Notes: generated by a model from the letters alone, not told the origin. Shown: positions 9,619 through 19,896, numbered from the stretch's first letter. The stretch is 64,000 bases of DNA from an uncultured Acidobacteriota bacterium (GCA_963713825.1 CAVQNG010000003.1:192001-256000); one strand, 5' to 3'. Numbers and translations: made by a program.

Positions 9619-10704
9619 TCAAGCCCACTTGTAGACCATGGCGTTGATGTTCATGCCCGCCCCGACCGCGGCGAAGACCACATCATCTCCACGATTCAGA
9701 CTCTGACCATCGATCTCGCCCCGGACAATGAGATCCAACAGAGTCGGAACGCTAGCCACCGAGCTATTGCCGAGATGGGAAATCGTCATCGGCATGATTC
9801 CGCCGGGGATCTCTTCAGTGCCCTCGAGCCGATACAGCCGCCGAAGGATCTGCTCGTTCAACCTGGCATTCGCCTGATGCATCAGCACCTTGTCTACATC
9901 GGCCAGGGAGAGCCCGGCCTTCTGAAGGGTCTCATGCAAGAACCCGGGGACCGTGGTGACCGCATACTCGTAGAGCTTGTGACCCTGCATCTTGAGGAAG
10001 AGCGCGTCGCCCTCATGGTCGGGGTCATAGGAGGTTCCCATCCACATCAACGAGGCATGCTCCAGGGTGTCCGAACGGGCTGCGTGGGCCAGGACCCCGA
10101 CAGGCTCGGCACTGGTCCGGGCCTCCAGGATGGCGCAGCCAGCCCCGTCCGAGTAAAGCATGGCGTCTCTGTCGTGAGGATCTGAAACCCGGGACAGGGT
10201 CTCGGCACCAATCACCATGGCCCGAGTCGCGTCACCCGAGCGCAGGAAGTAGTCGGCCTGGATCACTCCTTGCAGCCAACCGGGGCAGCCAAAGGGCAGG
10301 TCGTAGGCGATGCAACTCGGGTTACGAATTCCAAGTCTTTGTTTCACCCTGGCCGCCAAGCTCGGCACCAGGTCGGTTCTCAAGTTATCGGCCGGTACAT
10401 CTCCGAAATTGTGCGCCACGATGATGTAGTCGAGTGTCTCCCGGTCCAAGCCCGACGCGCGCAGCGCCTCTTCTGCCGCGTTTCCAGCAATGTCCGAGGC
10501 CACCTGATCCTCGGTCACATATCGCCGCTCGGCAATCTCGGTGATGCCCTCGAACTTCTCCAGTACCGTTCGATTGGTGGCCGGATCGATCGCCTCACCG
10601 TAGCCCTTGTAGAACCGGTTGCCAATGAAGTCCTGATTGACAACCCTTCTTGTCGGGACATACCGGCCCGTACCGACGATCACTGAATATCGATCTCTCG
10701 CCAT
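9619..10704 (-). CDS. fabH: 3-oxoacyl-ACP synthase III family protein
   Basis: Catalytic C (FGCPGW), H (HQAN) and N (GNSS); 'DGAG'; C-terminal 'GAGMN'. Confidence 0.88.
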   Translation of the reverse strand: MARDRYSVIVGTGRYVPTRRVVNQDFIGNRFYKGYGEAIDPATNRTVLEKFEGITEIAERRYVTEDQVASDIAGNAAEEALRASGLDRETLDYIIVAHNFGDVPADNLRTDLVPSLAARVKQRLGIRNPSCIAYDLPFGCPGWLQGVIQADYFLRSGDATRAMVIGAETLSRVSDPHDRDAMLYSDGAGCAILEARTSAEPVGVLAHAARSDTLEHASLMWMGTSYDPDHEGDALFLKMQGHKLYEYAVTTVPGFLHETLQKAGLSLADVDKVLMHQANARLNEQILRRLYRLEGTEEIPGGIMPMTISHLGNSSVASVPTLLDLIVRGEIDGQSLNRGDDVVFAAVGAGMNINAMVYKWA

Positions 10705-10918
10705 CACTGTCGTCCTTCCCGCCACCGTCGATCCACTCGCCACTTCCCCACCTGGCTATCGAGAACGCCTAGAAGGCGCCGCTCTCGCCGCGCCAGGGAA
10801 CCGAGAGGTTACTTCAAACCTCTCCGGGCTCCAAGCGTTCCCACCAAGGGTCGCTCCGATGCTCTAGGCTTCGGTGCCAGGCCATATACTTGCCGGCGTC
10901 AAAGAGGATGATTGGAGA

Positions 10919-12181
10919 ATGGAGAGAGTTGCAATCCTGGGTGCTGGTGCCTCGGGACTCAGCAGTGCCGCACTGCTGAGGGAAAGGGGCTATGAAGTCA
11001 CGCTGTTCGAGGCGGCTGATCGCATCGGTGGGCTGGCGAGGAGCTTCGAGTGGCACGGCTTTCACTGCGACATCGCCCCCCACCGGCTCTTCACCCACGA
11101 CCGCGAGGCGCTCGCGTACCTTCTGCGTCTAGTACCGATGCACAAGCACCGGCGACGGAGCGCGATCTTCATCGCCGGCAAAAAGGTGCACGACCCCGTC
11201 AACCCCGTCGACCTGATCCTGCGCCTGCCACCGCGGATCAGCGGCCACCTCGTCAAGGACTACCTGTTCAAACCAAGCTTGCCCGAGGAGTCTTTCGAGA
11301 ATCTGGCGCTCAACAAGTTCGGCCGCGGACTCTACGATCTCTTCTTCGAGCCCTACACGCGCAAGATGTTCGGCGTCTCACCGGCCGAGATTTCAGTCGA
11401 ATGGGGAAGACAGAAGCTGCGGACCTCCGGACTGCGAGATGTCTTCCGGCGCAACTCGAAGATCTTCTTCCGCCACTTCTACTACCCGCAGCAGGGAGGG
11501 TACGGCGCCATCTGTCAGGCTCTCTACGACAAGGTGGCGAATCGGGTCGAGCTCGAGTCCCGCGTCACCGGCCTCGAGACGGCGAATGGAAGAATCACGG
11601 CGGTCCGTTACGAGCAGGATGGTGTGAGCCACTCCTTCGCCTGCGACCGACTGGTCTCGACCATTCCAGCTACCGTTCTGGGCCGCATGCTGGGCCACGA
11701 GTTCTCCTTGCGCTTTCAACCTGTGACGCTGGTCTACCTGCTCTTCGACAAGCCGAGTGTGATGCCCTATCACTGGATCTACTTCGGGGACGGGGACGTG
11801 GTGATCAACCGCATGGCCGAGTTCAAAAACTTCGCGCGAGGCAGTGTGTCCGAGGACCGCACAGTTGTCGTCGCTGAAGTGACCTCGGCCACTGACGACC
11901 CGTTGGGAGATGTGCTCGCGGCATTCGAGCGCTACGACCTCGCCCATCGTGACGAGGTGCTCGACAGCCTTCTGATTCATGAGTCTTTCGGCTACCCGGT
12001 CTACGACCGGAACTATGAACTGGTTACAGCACAGGCCCGACAGGTGTTCGGCGAATTCGACAATCTCCACCTTGTCGGTCGCAATGCCGAGTTCCGCCAC
12101 ATCGAGGTCGATGAAGACCTGGCCTCCGCCATGAACCTGGTCCGCCAGCTCTCCGGCGACGACCCAAAGAGAGCATCCTGA
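10919..12181 (+). CDS. FAD-dependent oxidoreductase (UDP-galactopyranose mutase/HemY-like superfamily)
   Basis: GAGASG Rossmann motif, 'IGGLARS', 'FYYPQQGGYG', 'GRNAEF'. Confidence 0.8.
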   Translation: MERVAILGAGASGLSSAALLRERGYEVTLFEAADRIGGLARSFEWHGFHCDIAPHRLFTHDREALAYLLRLVPMHKHRRRSAIFIAGKKVHDPVNPVDLILRLPPRISGHLVKDYLFKPSLPEESFENLALNKFGRGLYDLFFEPYTRKMFGVSPAEISVEWGRQKLRTSGLRDVFRRNSKIFFRHFYYPQQGGYGAICQALYDKVANRVELESRVTGLETANGRITAVRYEQDGVSHSFACDRLVSTIPATVLGRMLGHEFSLRFQPVTLVYLLFDKPSVMPYHWIYFGDGDVVINRMAEFKNFARGSVSEDRTVVVAEVTSATDDPLGDVLAAFERYDLAHRDEVLDSLLIHESFGYPVYDRNYELVTAQARQVFGEFDNLHLVGRNAEFRHIEVDEDLASAMNLVRQLSGDDPKRAS

Positions 12182-12205
12182 TCCCGCGACCTTTCTGATT
12201 CACAA

Positions 12206-12241
12206 CCCCTATGCCCCTACACCCCTAAGCCCCTACGCCCC
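12206..12241 (+). repeat. Degenerate octamer tandem repeat (CCCCTANN)x4.5
   Basis: CCCCTATG CCCCTACA CCCCTAAG CCCCTACG CCCC. Confidence 0.85.
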
Positions 12242-12243
12242 TT

Positions 12244-14172
12244 ATGAGCCCTCAGAGCCTTCTCGAGCTCGATTCGCTTGTTCCTCTGAGCAGAAGGACA
12301 GCCCAAGTCCTTCTCGGCATTCTTCTGCTCTGGGCGTTTGGACTGCGGGCCTGGAACACCACCCCGGATCTCACTTCGACCCGGTTCTGGGATGAACGCT
12401 ACGGACTCCAGAACATCGAGCTGCTGCTCAGGGATGGAGAGTGGCGTCCGGCTCACGGACTCCATCCGGGCCTCTCGTACCTGCCGCACGCTCTGGTCCT
12501 GAAGGGCAGCGACCTCCTCCACCAGGCTACCGACATCGAATCCTTCGCGGTCCTGCGGCCCAAGAGCGGCTTCACACCGACGGCCTACCTCCTGTGCCGG
12601 CTTCTGCAAGCGCTCTTCGGCACCCTGAGCTTGTGGCTCGTCTATGCGATCGGCACGAGACTCGCAAGCAACCGATTGGGACTCCTGGCGGCGTTTTTGC
12701 TCGCGGTCGTCCCCTGGCACATTCGGCAGTCCGTGATCTACAAAGCGGACATGGTGCTGGTGCTGGCCCTGGTCCTGGCCTTCTATCTGAGCCTGCGCGC
12801 CATCGAGAGACCGACGTTCGCAGCCTACGCTGCCACTGGAGCCGCCATCGGCCTCGCCATGGCGAGCAAGTTCAACGGTGGCCCGGCCGCGATTCCCATC
12901 ACACTCGGCACCCTCCTCAGTAGCCATCGCAGCAAGAGGACCTTTGTCTGGCTGGTGGCCGCAGGCGCGGTGAGCGTCGCCGTCTTCCTGCTGTTCAACC
13001 CCTATGTCCTGCTCGAGCCCGACATCTATCGCAGGTCGATGAGCAGGACCGTCCGGGTCTACGCTCGCAAGGGTGCCTCCAAGGGAGTCGACTCACCGCT
13101 CGACCTGGTGCCGCGCACACTCGAGACCCTGACTTCACCTTCCTTCCACGGTCTCTTCGTCGGCATCGCGGCCCTGGTTGGCCTGGGGGTGCTGACCTAT
13201 CTCTCCGTTCGTTGCCTGAAGCGATCCAGGATCGCACTGTACTGGCTGATGGCGCTCTCTTTTGTCCTCTCCTACTCCGTGCTGTATGCGGTGAGCACCC
13301 CCAATCCGAGCGCGCACAACTGGCTGCCCCTGACGCCGTTCCTGGCCTTGGCCGCTGCCTGGTCTCTTCTCGCACTCTGGTCGATCCTCGGTGAGCTCCT
13401 GCCGGCTCGACAGCGGGGACTCGTTGGAACAGCCGCTGCATTGACCCTCGTCCTCTCGCTGGGCTGGTCCGCCAACGTCTACACCTACAAAAGCACGGTT
13501 CCCTCGACCGGTAACACGGCTCTGGAGCTGCTGAGGCAACGCCTCAGGCAACCCCCGGGTCGACAAGTGCTCTCCGAGTTCGACTTCAAGATCCCACGCA
13601 TGCAGGAGTATCGGAAGGCGCGGCTCGCCCTTCAGCAGGTGGAGTCCCTGCAACTCCTGCCAGGGCGGGACCTCGACAGATTCGACGCCGAGGTCTTCCC
13701 AGGCAGCCGGCTGGCCGATCCAGAGCAGGGCCAGTTCTACCGCGACCGCATGGAGAGGCTTCCCGAGGGTAGGGTCCATGTCATCAGACCTCATCCCTTC
13801 AAGGCATGGGGTCCTGAGATCGTGGTCCTGGTTCACCCGCTGCGGGAAGAGGCGGAGCCGCAGCCGGGCGAATGGGTTCGCAGCCCAGCGGATCGGCGGC
13901 TCTATGTCGCTCAGCTGGACCCACAAAGTGACCTGGAGGGACCCGTTTCCCTCCAGTTCCGTCGGCCCTCCAGGAGCCGGGAGGCCGAGTTGCGAGTCGG
14001 AGGCGAGAGCTCCAGCGTCGTCTCCTTCCGCGGCCCGGATCACAGACCACACCAGATGACGCGCCGTTTCGATCCATCCCCGGAGGTGCAGCTGCGCTTC
14101 GACGTCGCTCCCAAAGCCGACCGGATCGCTTTCATGCTCCGACACTGGCGCCAACCTCCGCCAGGTTATTGA
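12244..14172 (+). CDS. GT-C fold (ArnT/PMT, GT39/GT83-like) membrane glycosyltransferase
   Basis: 'WDE' after TM1, multiple TM helices, 'GAAIGLAMASKF' and a periplasmic C-terminal domain. Confidence 0.8.
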   Translation: MSPQSLLELDSLVPLSRRTAQVLLGILLLWAFGLRAWNTTPDLTSTRFWDERYGLQNIELLLRDGEWRPAHGLHPGLSYLPHALVLKGSDLLHQATDIESFAVLRPKSGFTPTAYLLCRLLQALFGTLSLWLVYAIGTRLASNRLGLLAAFLLAVVPWHIRQSVIYKADMVLVLALVLAFYLSLRAIERPTFAAYAATGAAIGLAMASKFNGGPAAIPITLGTLLSSHRSKRTFVWLVAAGAVSVAVFLLFNPYVLLEPDIYRRSMSRTVRVYARKGASKGVDSPLDLVPRTLETLTSPSFHGLFVGIAALVGLGVLTYLSVRCLKRSRIALYWLMALSFVLSYSVLYAVSTPNPSAHNWLPLTPFLALAAAWSLLALWSILGELLPARQRGLVGTAAALTLVLSLGWSANVYTYKSTVPSTGNTALELLRQRLRQPPGRQVLSEFDFKIPRMQEYRKARLALQQVESLQLLPGRDLDRFDAEVFPGSRLADPEQGQFYRDRMERLPEGRVHVIRPHPFKAWGPEIVVLVHPLREEAEPQPGEWVRSPADRRLYVAQLDPQSDLEGPVSLQFRRPSRSREAELRVGGESSSVVSFRGPDHRPHQMTRRFDPSPEVQLRFDVAPKADRIAFMLRHWRQPPPGY

Positions 14173-14184
14173 TAGCCTAAGCCC

Positions 14185-14682
14185 ATGGCTAAACAGAATT
14201 CTTTCGACATCGTCTCCCAGGTCGACATGGCCGAGGTCAAGAACGCCGTCAATCAGTCGACCAAGGAACTCGTACAACGCTTCGACTTGAAGGGGAGCAA
14301 CTCGAGCATCGAGCTCAACGAAAAAGAGGGCAAACTCGTCCTGGCCTCGGCCGACGAGTTCAAGCTCGATGCGGTCAACGGCATCCTGCAGCAGAAGCTG
14401 GTCCGCCGCGGAGTATCGCTGAAAGCGCTCGACTACGGCACTGTCGATCCGGCGGCACAGGGTTCCGTACGCCAGACCGTGACGCTGCAGCAGGGAATCC
14501 CCATCGAGCAGGCTCGCGAGATCGTCAAGGTGATCAAAAAAGCCAAGCTCAAGGTGCAGGCTTCCATCAACGACGACATGGTGCGGGTTTCCGGCAAAGA
14601 CCGCGACGCCCTGCAGGAAGTCATCGCTATCGTCAAGGAGCAGGACTTTCCCATCGACATGCAGTTCACCAACTACCGCTAG
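14185..14682 (+). CDS. yajQ: YajQ-family nucleotide/c-di-GMP-binding protein
   Basis: 'SFDIVSQVD..EV.NAV', 'RFDLKGS', 'RVSGKDRDALQ', C-terminal 'QFTNYR'. Confidence 0.95.
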   Translation: MAKQNSFDIVSQVDMAEVKNAVNQSTKELVQRFDLKGSNSSIELNEKEGKLVLASADEFKLDAVNGILQQKLVRRGVSLKALDYGTVDPAAQGSVRQTVTLQQGIPIEQAREIVKVIKKAKLKVQASINDDMVRVSGKDRDALQEVIAIVKEQDFPIDMQFTNYR

Positions 14683-14719
14683 CGGTAGGCCTGGACCGAC
14701 GAGACGCTGAAAGGGAATC

Positions 14720-15910
14720 TTGAGCGGCCCTCTCGCTATCGAAGCCCCGGATATCGACGTCGCCGACCGGCTGGTCTGTCTCGGTCACGGGGAGGACTTC
14801 GCGACCCAGGGGAGCTCCCTGTCGCCACCCATCGTCCAGACCTCCCTCTTTCGCCATGGTTCACAAGAGGAGTTGGTCGCAGGGCTGGCGGCTGAGAATC
14901 GATCGCATGTCTACACGCTAGGACAGAACCCGACGGTCGAGGCCATCGAGACCAAGCTGGCACAGCTCGAGCGGGGAGAAGCCTGCAAGTTCCTCGCCTC
15001 GGGGATGGCGGCCATCAGCTCCGTCCTCTTCAGTTTGACCAGGGCCGGCTCCCACGTTCTCTTCGTCAACAACACCTATGGGCCGACCCTGGAGCTCGCC
15101 GAGCGGCTTACCACGTTCGGCGTGGAGCACGATGTCGTCCTGGACAATGACCTCGACGCCATCGCCGGCGGCCTGCGTCCGAACACCTCCGTCGTGTGGC
15201 TCGAGAGTCCGGGAACCATGATGTTTCGACTCCTCGATGTCGGCCAGGTCGCAGAGCTGGCCAGACAGCACGGGGCCATGACTGTGATGGACAACAGCTG
15301 GTCGACACCGTTGTTCCAGAAGCCCCTGGAGAAGGGCGTCGACCTGGTGGTGCATGCGGCTACCAAGTACATGGGAGGGCACAGCGACGTGGTGGCAGGC
15401 GCCATTGTCGGCTCGGACGAGCTGCTAGAGCGGATCTTCTTCGACGCCTATCTCTTGCTCGGGGGTGCTCTCGGACCAGTGGATGCCTGGCTCGTGAATC
15501 GGGGCCTGAGAACGCTTCCCACTCGGATGCAGCAGCACCATGCCGATGCACTGACGGTCGCCCGGTTTCTCGATGCCCACCCCAAAGTGCGGCGGGTCTT
15601 TCACCCCGCTCTGGCCGGGGATCCCGCCCTGGTGACCCGTCAATTGCGGGGATTCGCCGGCCTGTTCAGCTTCGAGCTCGACACCGAGAGCTACCCGGCG
15701 GTGGCCGCGTTCATCGACCGTTTGAAGCTCTTCCGAGTCGGTGTGAGCTGGGGGGGAGTGGAGAGCCTGGTCCTTTCCCCCAACCACGGCACCAATGCGC
15801 CGAGCCTGGCGGCGCAACGCATTCCTCCTGGCACGGTGCGACTCTCGGTCGGTCTCGAGGGTGCCGAGACGCTCATTCAAGACCTCGACCAATCCCTGGA
15901 CGCTTTCTAG
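14720..15910 (+). CDS. PLP-dependent Cys/Met metabolism enzyme (cystathionine/methionine gamma-lyase family)
   Basis: 'NPTV', 'SGMAAIS', 'ESPG', 'DNSW', 'ATKYMGGHSD', 'SWGGVESL', 'RLSVGLE'. Confidence 0.9.
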   Translation: MSGPLAIEAPDIDVADRLVCLGHGEDFATQGSSLSPPIVQTSLFRHGSQEELVAGLAAENRSHVYTLGQNPTVEAIETKLAQLERGEACKFLASGMAAISSVLFSLTRAGSHVLFVNNTYGPTLELAERLTTFGVEHDVVLDNDLDAIAGGLRPNTSVVWLESPGTMMFRLLDVGQVAELARQHGAMTVMDNSWSTPLFQKPLEKGVDLVVHAATKYMGGHSDVVAGAIVGSDELLERIFFDAYLLLGGALGPVDAWLVNRGLRTLPTRMQQHHADALTVARFLDAHPKVRRVFHPALAGDPALVTRQLRGFAGLFSFELDTESYPAVAAFIDRLKLFRVGVSWGGVESLVLSPNHGTNAPSLAAQRIPPGTVRLSVGLEGAETLIQDLDQSLDAF

Positions 15911-15922
15911 GACACTAAAAGC

Positions 15923-17371
15923 TTGGCGGCCAACCCGGAGCCCCCCTCGAAGCCTCTCTCGGTGGGCGCCGCTGCGCTGCCACTGCTCACCCTGGTTGCC
16001 TGCTTCGTCGTCGGCGGCTTCTTTTTCGAGCTCGACGCCGACATGCTGGTGCTGGCGCTGTTGACGGCCGCGAGCGTGGCCGGAATTCAGGCAGTCCTGC
16101 GCGGCGCAACCTGGCTGGACATCCAGCGCTCGACAGGCGAGAAGCTTGCAGCCGTCCTGCCCGTCATCCTGATCCTGCTGACCATCGGCATGCTGATCGG
16201 CACCTGGGTCCTTTCCGGCACGATACCGGTTCTGATCTCCGCAGGGATCCAGATCCTCAGCCCGAGGTTCTTCGTCCTTTCCGCCTTTCTGGTCACCGCC
16301 GTCATGTCGCTTTGCACCGGCACGTCATGGGGCTCGGCGGGGACCTTGGGTGTCGCCCTCATGGGCGCCGCGGCCGCCGTCAACGCACCCATGGCCGCTA
16401 CTGCCGGTGCGGTGATCTCAGGGGCCTACCTGGGCGACAAGATGTCGCCGTTGTCGGATTCGACCAACATCTGTGCCATCGGCGCCGGTGCCGACCTCTA
16501 CGCCCACATCCGGAACATGCTCTACACCGCAGTACCCTCTTCCCTCGTGGCGCTATTGGTCTACTCCACTCTCGGCCGCAGCGCTGCCGCAAGCACCCAG
16601 GTCGTGCCCGAGTCGGCCCAGACGTTGCTCACCGAGATGCATCGGGTCTTCACCCTCGATCTCTGGACGCTGCTTCCCTTGCTGGTCGTCCTGGCCGGGA
16701 TCGCCCTCAAGGTCGCGCCGGCCCTGGCCCTGGCAGCTTCCTCTCTGGTGGCCATGATCCTGGGTGGCTTCCTGCAGGGATTTGGCGTCCAGAGTGTTCT
16801 GACCTCGGCGGTGCGTGGCTTCGATCCTTCGATGGTGGCCGACCTGGGGCTGGACCCGGCCTCTCTGAGCGCATCGTTCGTCGAGTTGCTGGAGAGGGGC
16901 GGTCTCTACTCGATGGCAAGCACCCTGGTTCTGATCCTGGCCGCTTTCCTGCTGGCAGCGGGGATGGACGTCTCAGGTGCCCTGGACCGCCTGCTGCAGG
17001 CTTTGCTGGGAACCGTTCGCTCGACCTTTGGTCTCATCGCGGCCACCATGGCAGCGGGCACGACCATGATCTCCCTCACCAGCCATGGTGGAGTGACGGC
17101 GCTGATCGTCGGAGGCATGTTTCAGAAGGCCTATCGCCAACGGGGCCTGTCACCGGTGAATCTCTCGCGCTCCCTGGAAGACTCGGTCACCATCGTCGAG
17201 CCCCTCCTTCCCTGGACCGTCTCCGGGATCTTCATGTCCACCACTCTCGGCGTGCCGACCCTGGAGCTTCTGCCGTGGGCGGTATTTTGTTATGGCGGAC
17301 CGGTCTTCTCGCTGCTGTGGGCGGCCGGGTTCGACCGCACCGGTCTCGGGCTCAAGCGATTAGAAGAGTGA
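15923..17371 (+). CDS. NhaC-family transporter (possibly amino-acid transport)
   Basis: 'GTSWGSAGTLG', 'SGAYLGDKMSPLSDSTN', 'LSRSLED'. Confidence 0.9.
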   Translation: MAANPEPPSKPLSVGAAALPLLTLVACFVVGGFFFELDADMLVLALLTAASVAGIQAVLRGATWLDIQRSTGEKLAAVLPVILILLTIGMLIGTWVLSGTIPVLISAGIQILSPRFFVLSAFLVTAVMSLCTGTSWGSAGTLGVALMGAAAAVNAPMAATAGAVISGAYLGDKMSPLSDSTNICAIGAGADLYAHIRNMLYTAVPSSLVALLVYSTLGRSAAASTQVVPESAQTLLTEMHRVFTLDLWTLLPLLVVLAGIALKVAPALALAASSLVAMILGGFLQGFGVQSVLTSAVRGFDPSMVADLGLDPASLSASFVELLERGGLYSMASTLVLILAAFLLAAGMDVSGALDRLLQALLGTVRSTFGLIAATMAAGTTMISLTSHGGVTALIVGGMFQKAYRQRGLSPVNLSRSLEDSVTIVEPLLPWTVSGIFMSTTLGVPTLELLPWAVFCYGGPVFSLLWAAGFDRTGLGLKRLEE

Positions 17372-17400
17372 TCTGAGGCCAGGTCGTCTGGATGGCTGGT

Positions 17401-19818
17401 TCAACTCTTCCTGGACCGGCCCCGGACGTACCGCCTGTAGAGGCCCCAGAGAATCAACAGGGGGCCGGTCGTAAAGGGCAAGGCTGCTCCCGCGGCGAAC
17501 GCGACGTTGCCACCCAGTGCCATCGACAACTGATCACGGAAGGGATCGTCGTTGATCAGGTAGGTCCAAGTCGACGACGGGCCCCTGAGGCCCTCCTTGT
17601 CGAGGTCGATTCCTGCCGGACCGATCGTCACGGCCTCGAGAGCCCGGACGGCCTCGTCCTCCACCTGGCTCTCCATGTCCCCGAAGGCATCGGCCGCGAG
17701 CAGTACGTACTCTGCGAACGGGTCCTGACCACTGACACGCCGCAGGTGGATCCCTTCGCGAATCTCTCCCATGTTGGCGAGGTGCTCGCTCCAGAATCGA
17801 TCGAGTTGAAACAGGAGGATCCGCTTTTCGGCCTCGGCCAGCGCCTCCCCACTCACCACTGCAGAGAGCTCCTCGAAGCGGCCCGGCGATAGCTCGACAA
17901 GGCGACCCGCCACCCGACCCAGCAGAAGATCTTCCCGGCGCTTCTGCACGATCCTGCGCTGCTCCTCGAGAACCGACGAGTATCCATACAGCGTCTTGCG
18001 GGTCTCGACGTTCTGACCTTCCACGATGCGCTGCGCTCGGGCGATCTCGCGCCGGATGACCGGATTGTCGAGGGGCTCGTCCTGCTCTTTCGGCAGCAGC
18101 TTCGGAGGAATGAGATTGCGCACGCCGTAGCGCACGATCAGGTCGTCTTCGAGGCTGATGAAGAAGCGCGACGAGCCCGGATCACCCTGGCGCCCGGCCC
18201 TACCCTTGAGCTGCTCGTCGATCCGCAGGCTCTCATGTCGGTTCGTACCGATGACGTAGAGCCCACCGAGAGCAACCACCTCCTCACGACTGCCCTCGTC
18301 GGCTCCACCGAGTCGGATGTCGGTGCCCCGACCCGCCATGTTGGTGGAGATCGTGACCGCTCCGAGAGCACCGGCCTCGGCGATGATGGCGGCCTCCATC
18401 GCGTCGTTTCTGGCATTCAGAATCTGCGTCTCGACGCCGGATTGCCGCAGCAGAGTGGCCAGCTCTTCGGACTCTTTGACGCTCGCCGTACCCACGAGGA
18501 TCGGCCTTCTCGTGGCATGGACGTTCTGGATCTCCTCGGCGAGCGCCCGGTGCTTGGCCGATTGGTGGGTGAAGACCTCATCGGCATGGTCGATACGGAT
18601 CGACTCGCGATTCTGGGGAATGACCACGACCTCTACGCCATAGGTCCGGGTCAACTCGTCGGCCGCTGGGCTGGCCGTAGCGGTCATTCCAGCGAGCCTC
18701 GGATAGAGGCGAACGAAGTGCTGCAAGGTGATCGAGCCCAGGACCCGGCCTTCCGGGCGCAGCTTCAGCCCTTCCTTGGCCTCCAGCGCGGCCTGCAAGC
18801 CGTCGGGCCAGTGCCGGTCTTCCACGACCCGACCGGTGAACTCGTCCACCAGCTGAATCCGACCCTCCCGAACGATGTAGTCGACGTCCCTTCGCAACAG
18901 CACCTTCGCATGCAAGGCACAGTTGATGCCCGTTAGAAGCGCCAGGTTCTCGGCCGCCAGCAGGTTGCCACAGCCGAGCATCGCCTCCACGCGATCGATC
19001 CCGACCGCTGTCAGCTCGATGTTTCTAGAGTACTCGTCGGTGTCGAAGTGCTGGTCGGGGTCGAGCCGGTCCACGATCTCGGCCAGAGAGTACGGTGTCT
19101 CCTCGGGAGGGCCGAGACTGCCCGCGATGACCAGGGGAACCCTCGCCTCGTCGATGAGGATCGAATCCGCTTCGTCCACAATGGCCAGGTGAAACGGCCT
19201 GTGCACGATCTCTTTTGGCTCGGAAGCGAGGCACGATCGAAGCAGATCGAAACCCGCCTCCTTGGCCGTGACATAGGTGATGTCGCAGGCATACGCCGCC
19301 TGTCGCTCCACAGGACTCATGCCCTGACCCACCCACCCCACACTCAGGCCCAGGAAGCGATAGACCGGGCCCATCCATTCGGCATCGCGGCGGGCCAGAT
19401 AGTCGTTGAAAGTGAGGAGATGGACCCCCCTGCGGGTGAGGCCGCCGAGGTAGGCCGGTAAGACCGCCGTCAGCGTCTTGCCCTCGCCAGTGGCCATCTC
19501 GACGAGCCGGCCATCGTGCATGGCCAGTGCCGCGAGGATCTGCACCTCGAAGGGGCGCTGACCCAGAATCCTCCAGGCGGCTTCTCGGACAAGAGCGGCA
19601 GCCTCCTCGACGATGCCTTCGCTAGAGGCAGCCTCGCGGAGTCGGCTGCCAAGTCGCTCTGAGGACTGACGAAGAGTGTGGTCGTCGAGCCGTTTCAGCC
19701 GGGGCTCGAGGCGATCGATCTCGGCCAATCGGTGTCGATAGCGCCCGAGATCGTGCAGGTCCGGTCCGCCGTTCCAGAGCTCCAAACGGTGACGGACTCC
19801 TGTGGTCCTGGAGGCCAT
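17401..19818 (-). CDS. secA2: Accessory Sec translocase ATPase SecA2
   Basis: 'EMATGEGKT', 'NDYLARRDAEWM', 'VDEADS', 'TNMAGRGTDI', 'GRAGRQGDPG'. Short (805 aa), no SEC-C zinc motif, hydrophobic C-terminus. Confidence 0.85.
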   Translation of the reverse strand: MASRTTGVRHRLELWNGGPDLHDLGRYRHRLAEIDRLEPRLKRLDDHTLRQSSERLGSRLREAASSEGIVEEAAALVREAAWRILGQRPFEVQILAALAMHDGRLVEMATGEGKTLTAVLPAYLGGLTRRGVHLLTFNDYLARRDAEWMGPVYRFLGLSVGWVGQGMSPVERQAAYACDITYVTAKEAGFDLLRSCLASEPKEIVHRPFHLAIVDEADSILIDEARVPLVIAGSLGPPEETPYSLAEIVDRLDPDQHFDTDEYSRNIELTAVGIDRVEAMLGCGNLLAAENLALLTGINCALHAKVLLRRDVDYIVREGRIQLVDEFTGRVVEDRHWPDGLQAALEAKEGLKLRPEGRVLGSITLQHFVRLYPRLAGMTATASPAADELTRTYGVEVVVIPQNRESIRIDHADEVFTHQSAKHRALAEEIQNVHATRRPILVGTASVKESEELATLLRQSGVETQILNARNDAMEAAIIAEAGALGAVTISTNMAGRGTDIRLGGADEGSREEVVALGGLYVIGTNRHESLRIDEQLKGRAGRQGDPGSSRFFISLEDDLIVRYGVRNLIPPKLLPKEQDEPLDNPVIRREIARAQRIVEGQNVETRKTLYGYSSVLEEQRRIVQKRREDLLLGRVAGRLVELSPGRFEELSAVVSGEALAEAEKRILLFQLDRFWSEHLANMGEIREGIHLRRVSGQDPFAEYVLLAADAFGDMESQVEDEAVRALEAVTIGPAGIDLDKEGLRGPSSTWTYLINDDPFRDQLSMALGGNVAFAAGAALPFTTGPLLILWGLYRRYVRGRSRKS

Positions 19819-19896
19819 GATCTCCTGCCAGGTCTTTGAAGCCTGGTCAGAACATCATCGCACAGCGAAAGACCGTTCTTGGAGTTGGAGAACGTT

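Noticed and set aside
9619-14172. Secondary-metabolite cluster (FabH, oxidoreductase, glycosyltransferase)
   Set aside because: No ACP, PKS/NRPS or precursor peptide; more consistent with envelope glycosylation and lipid metabolism.
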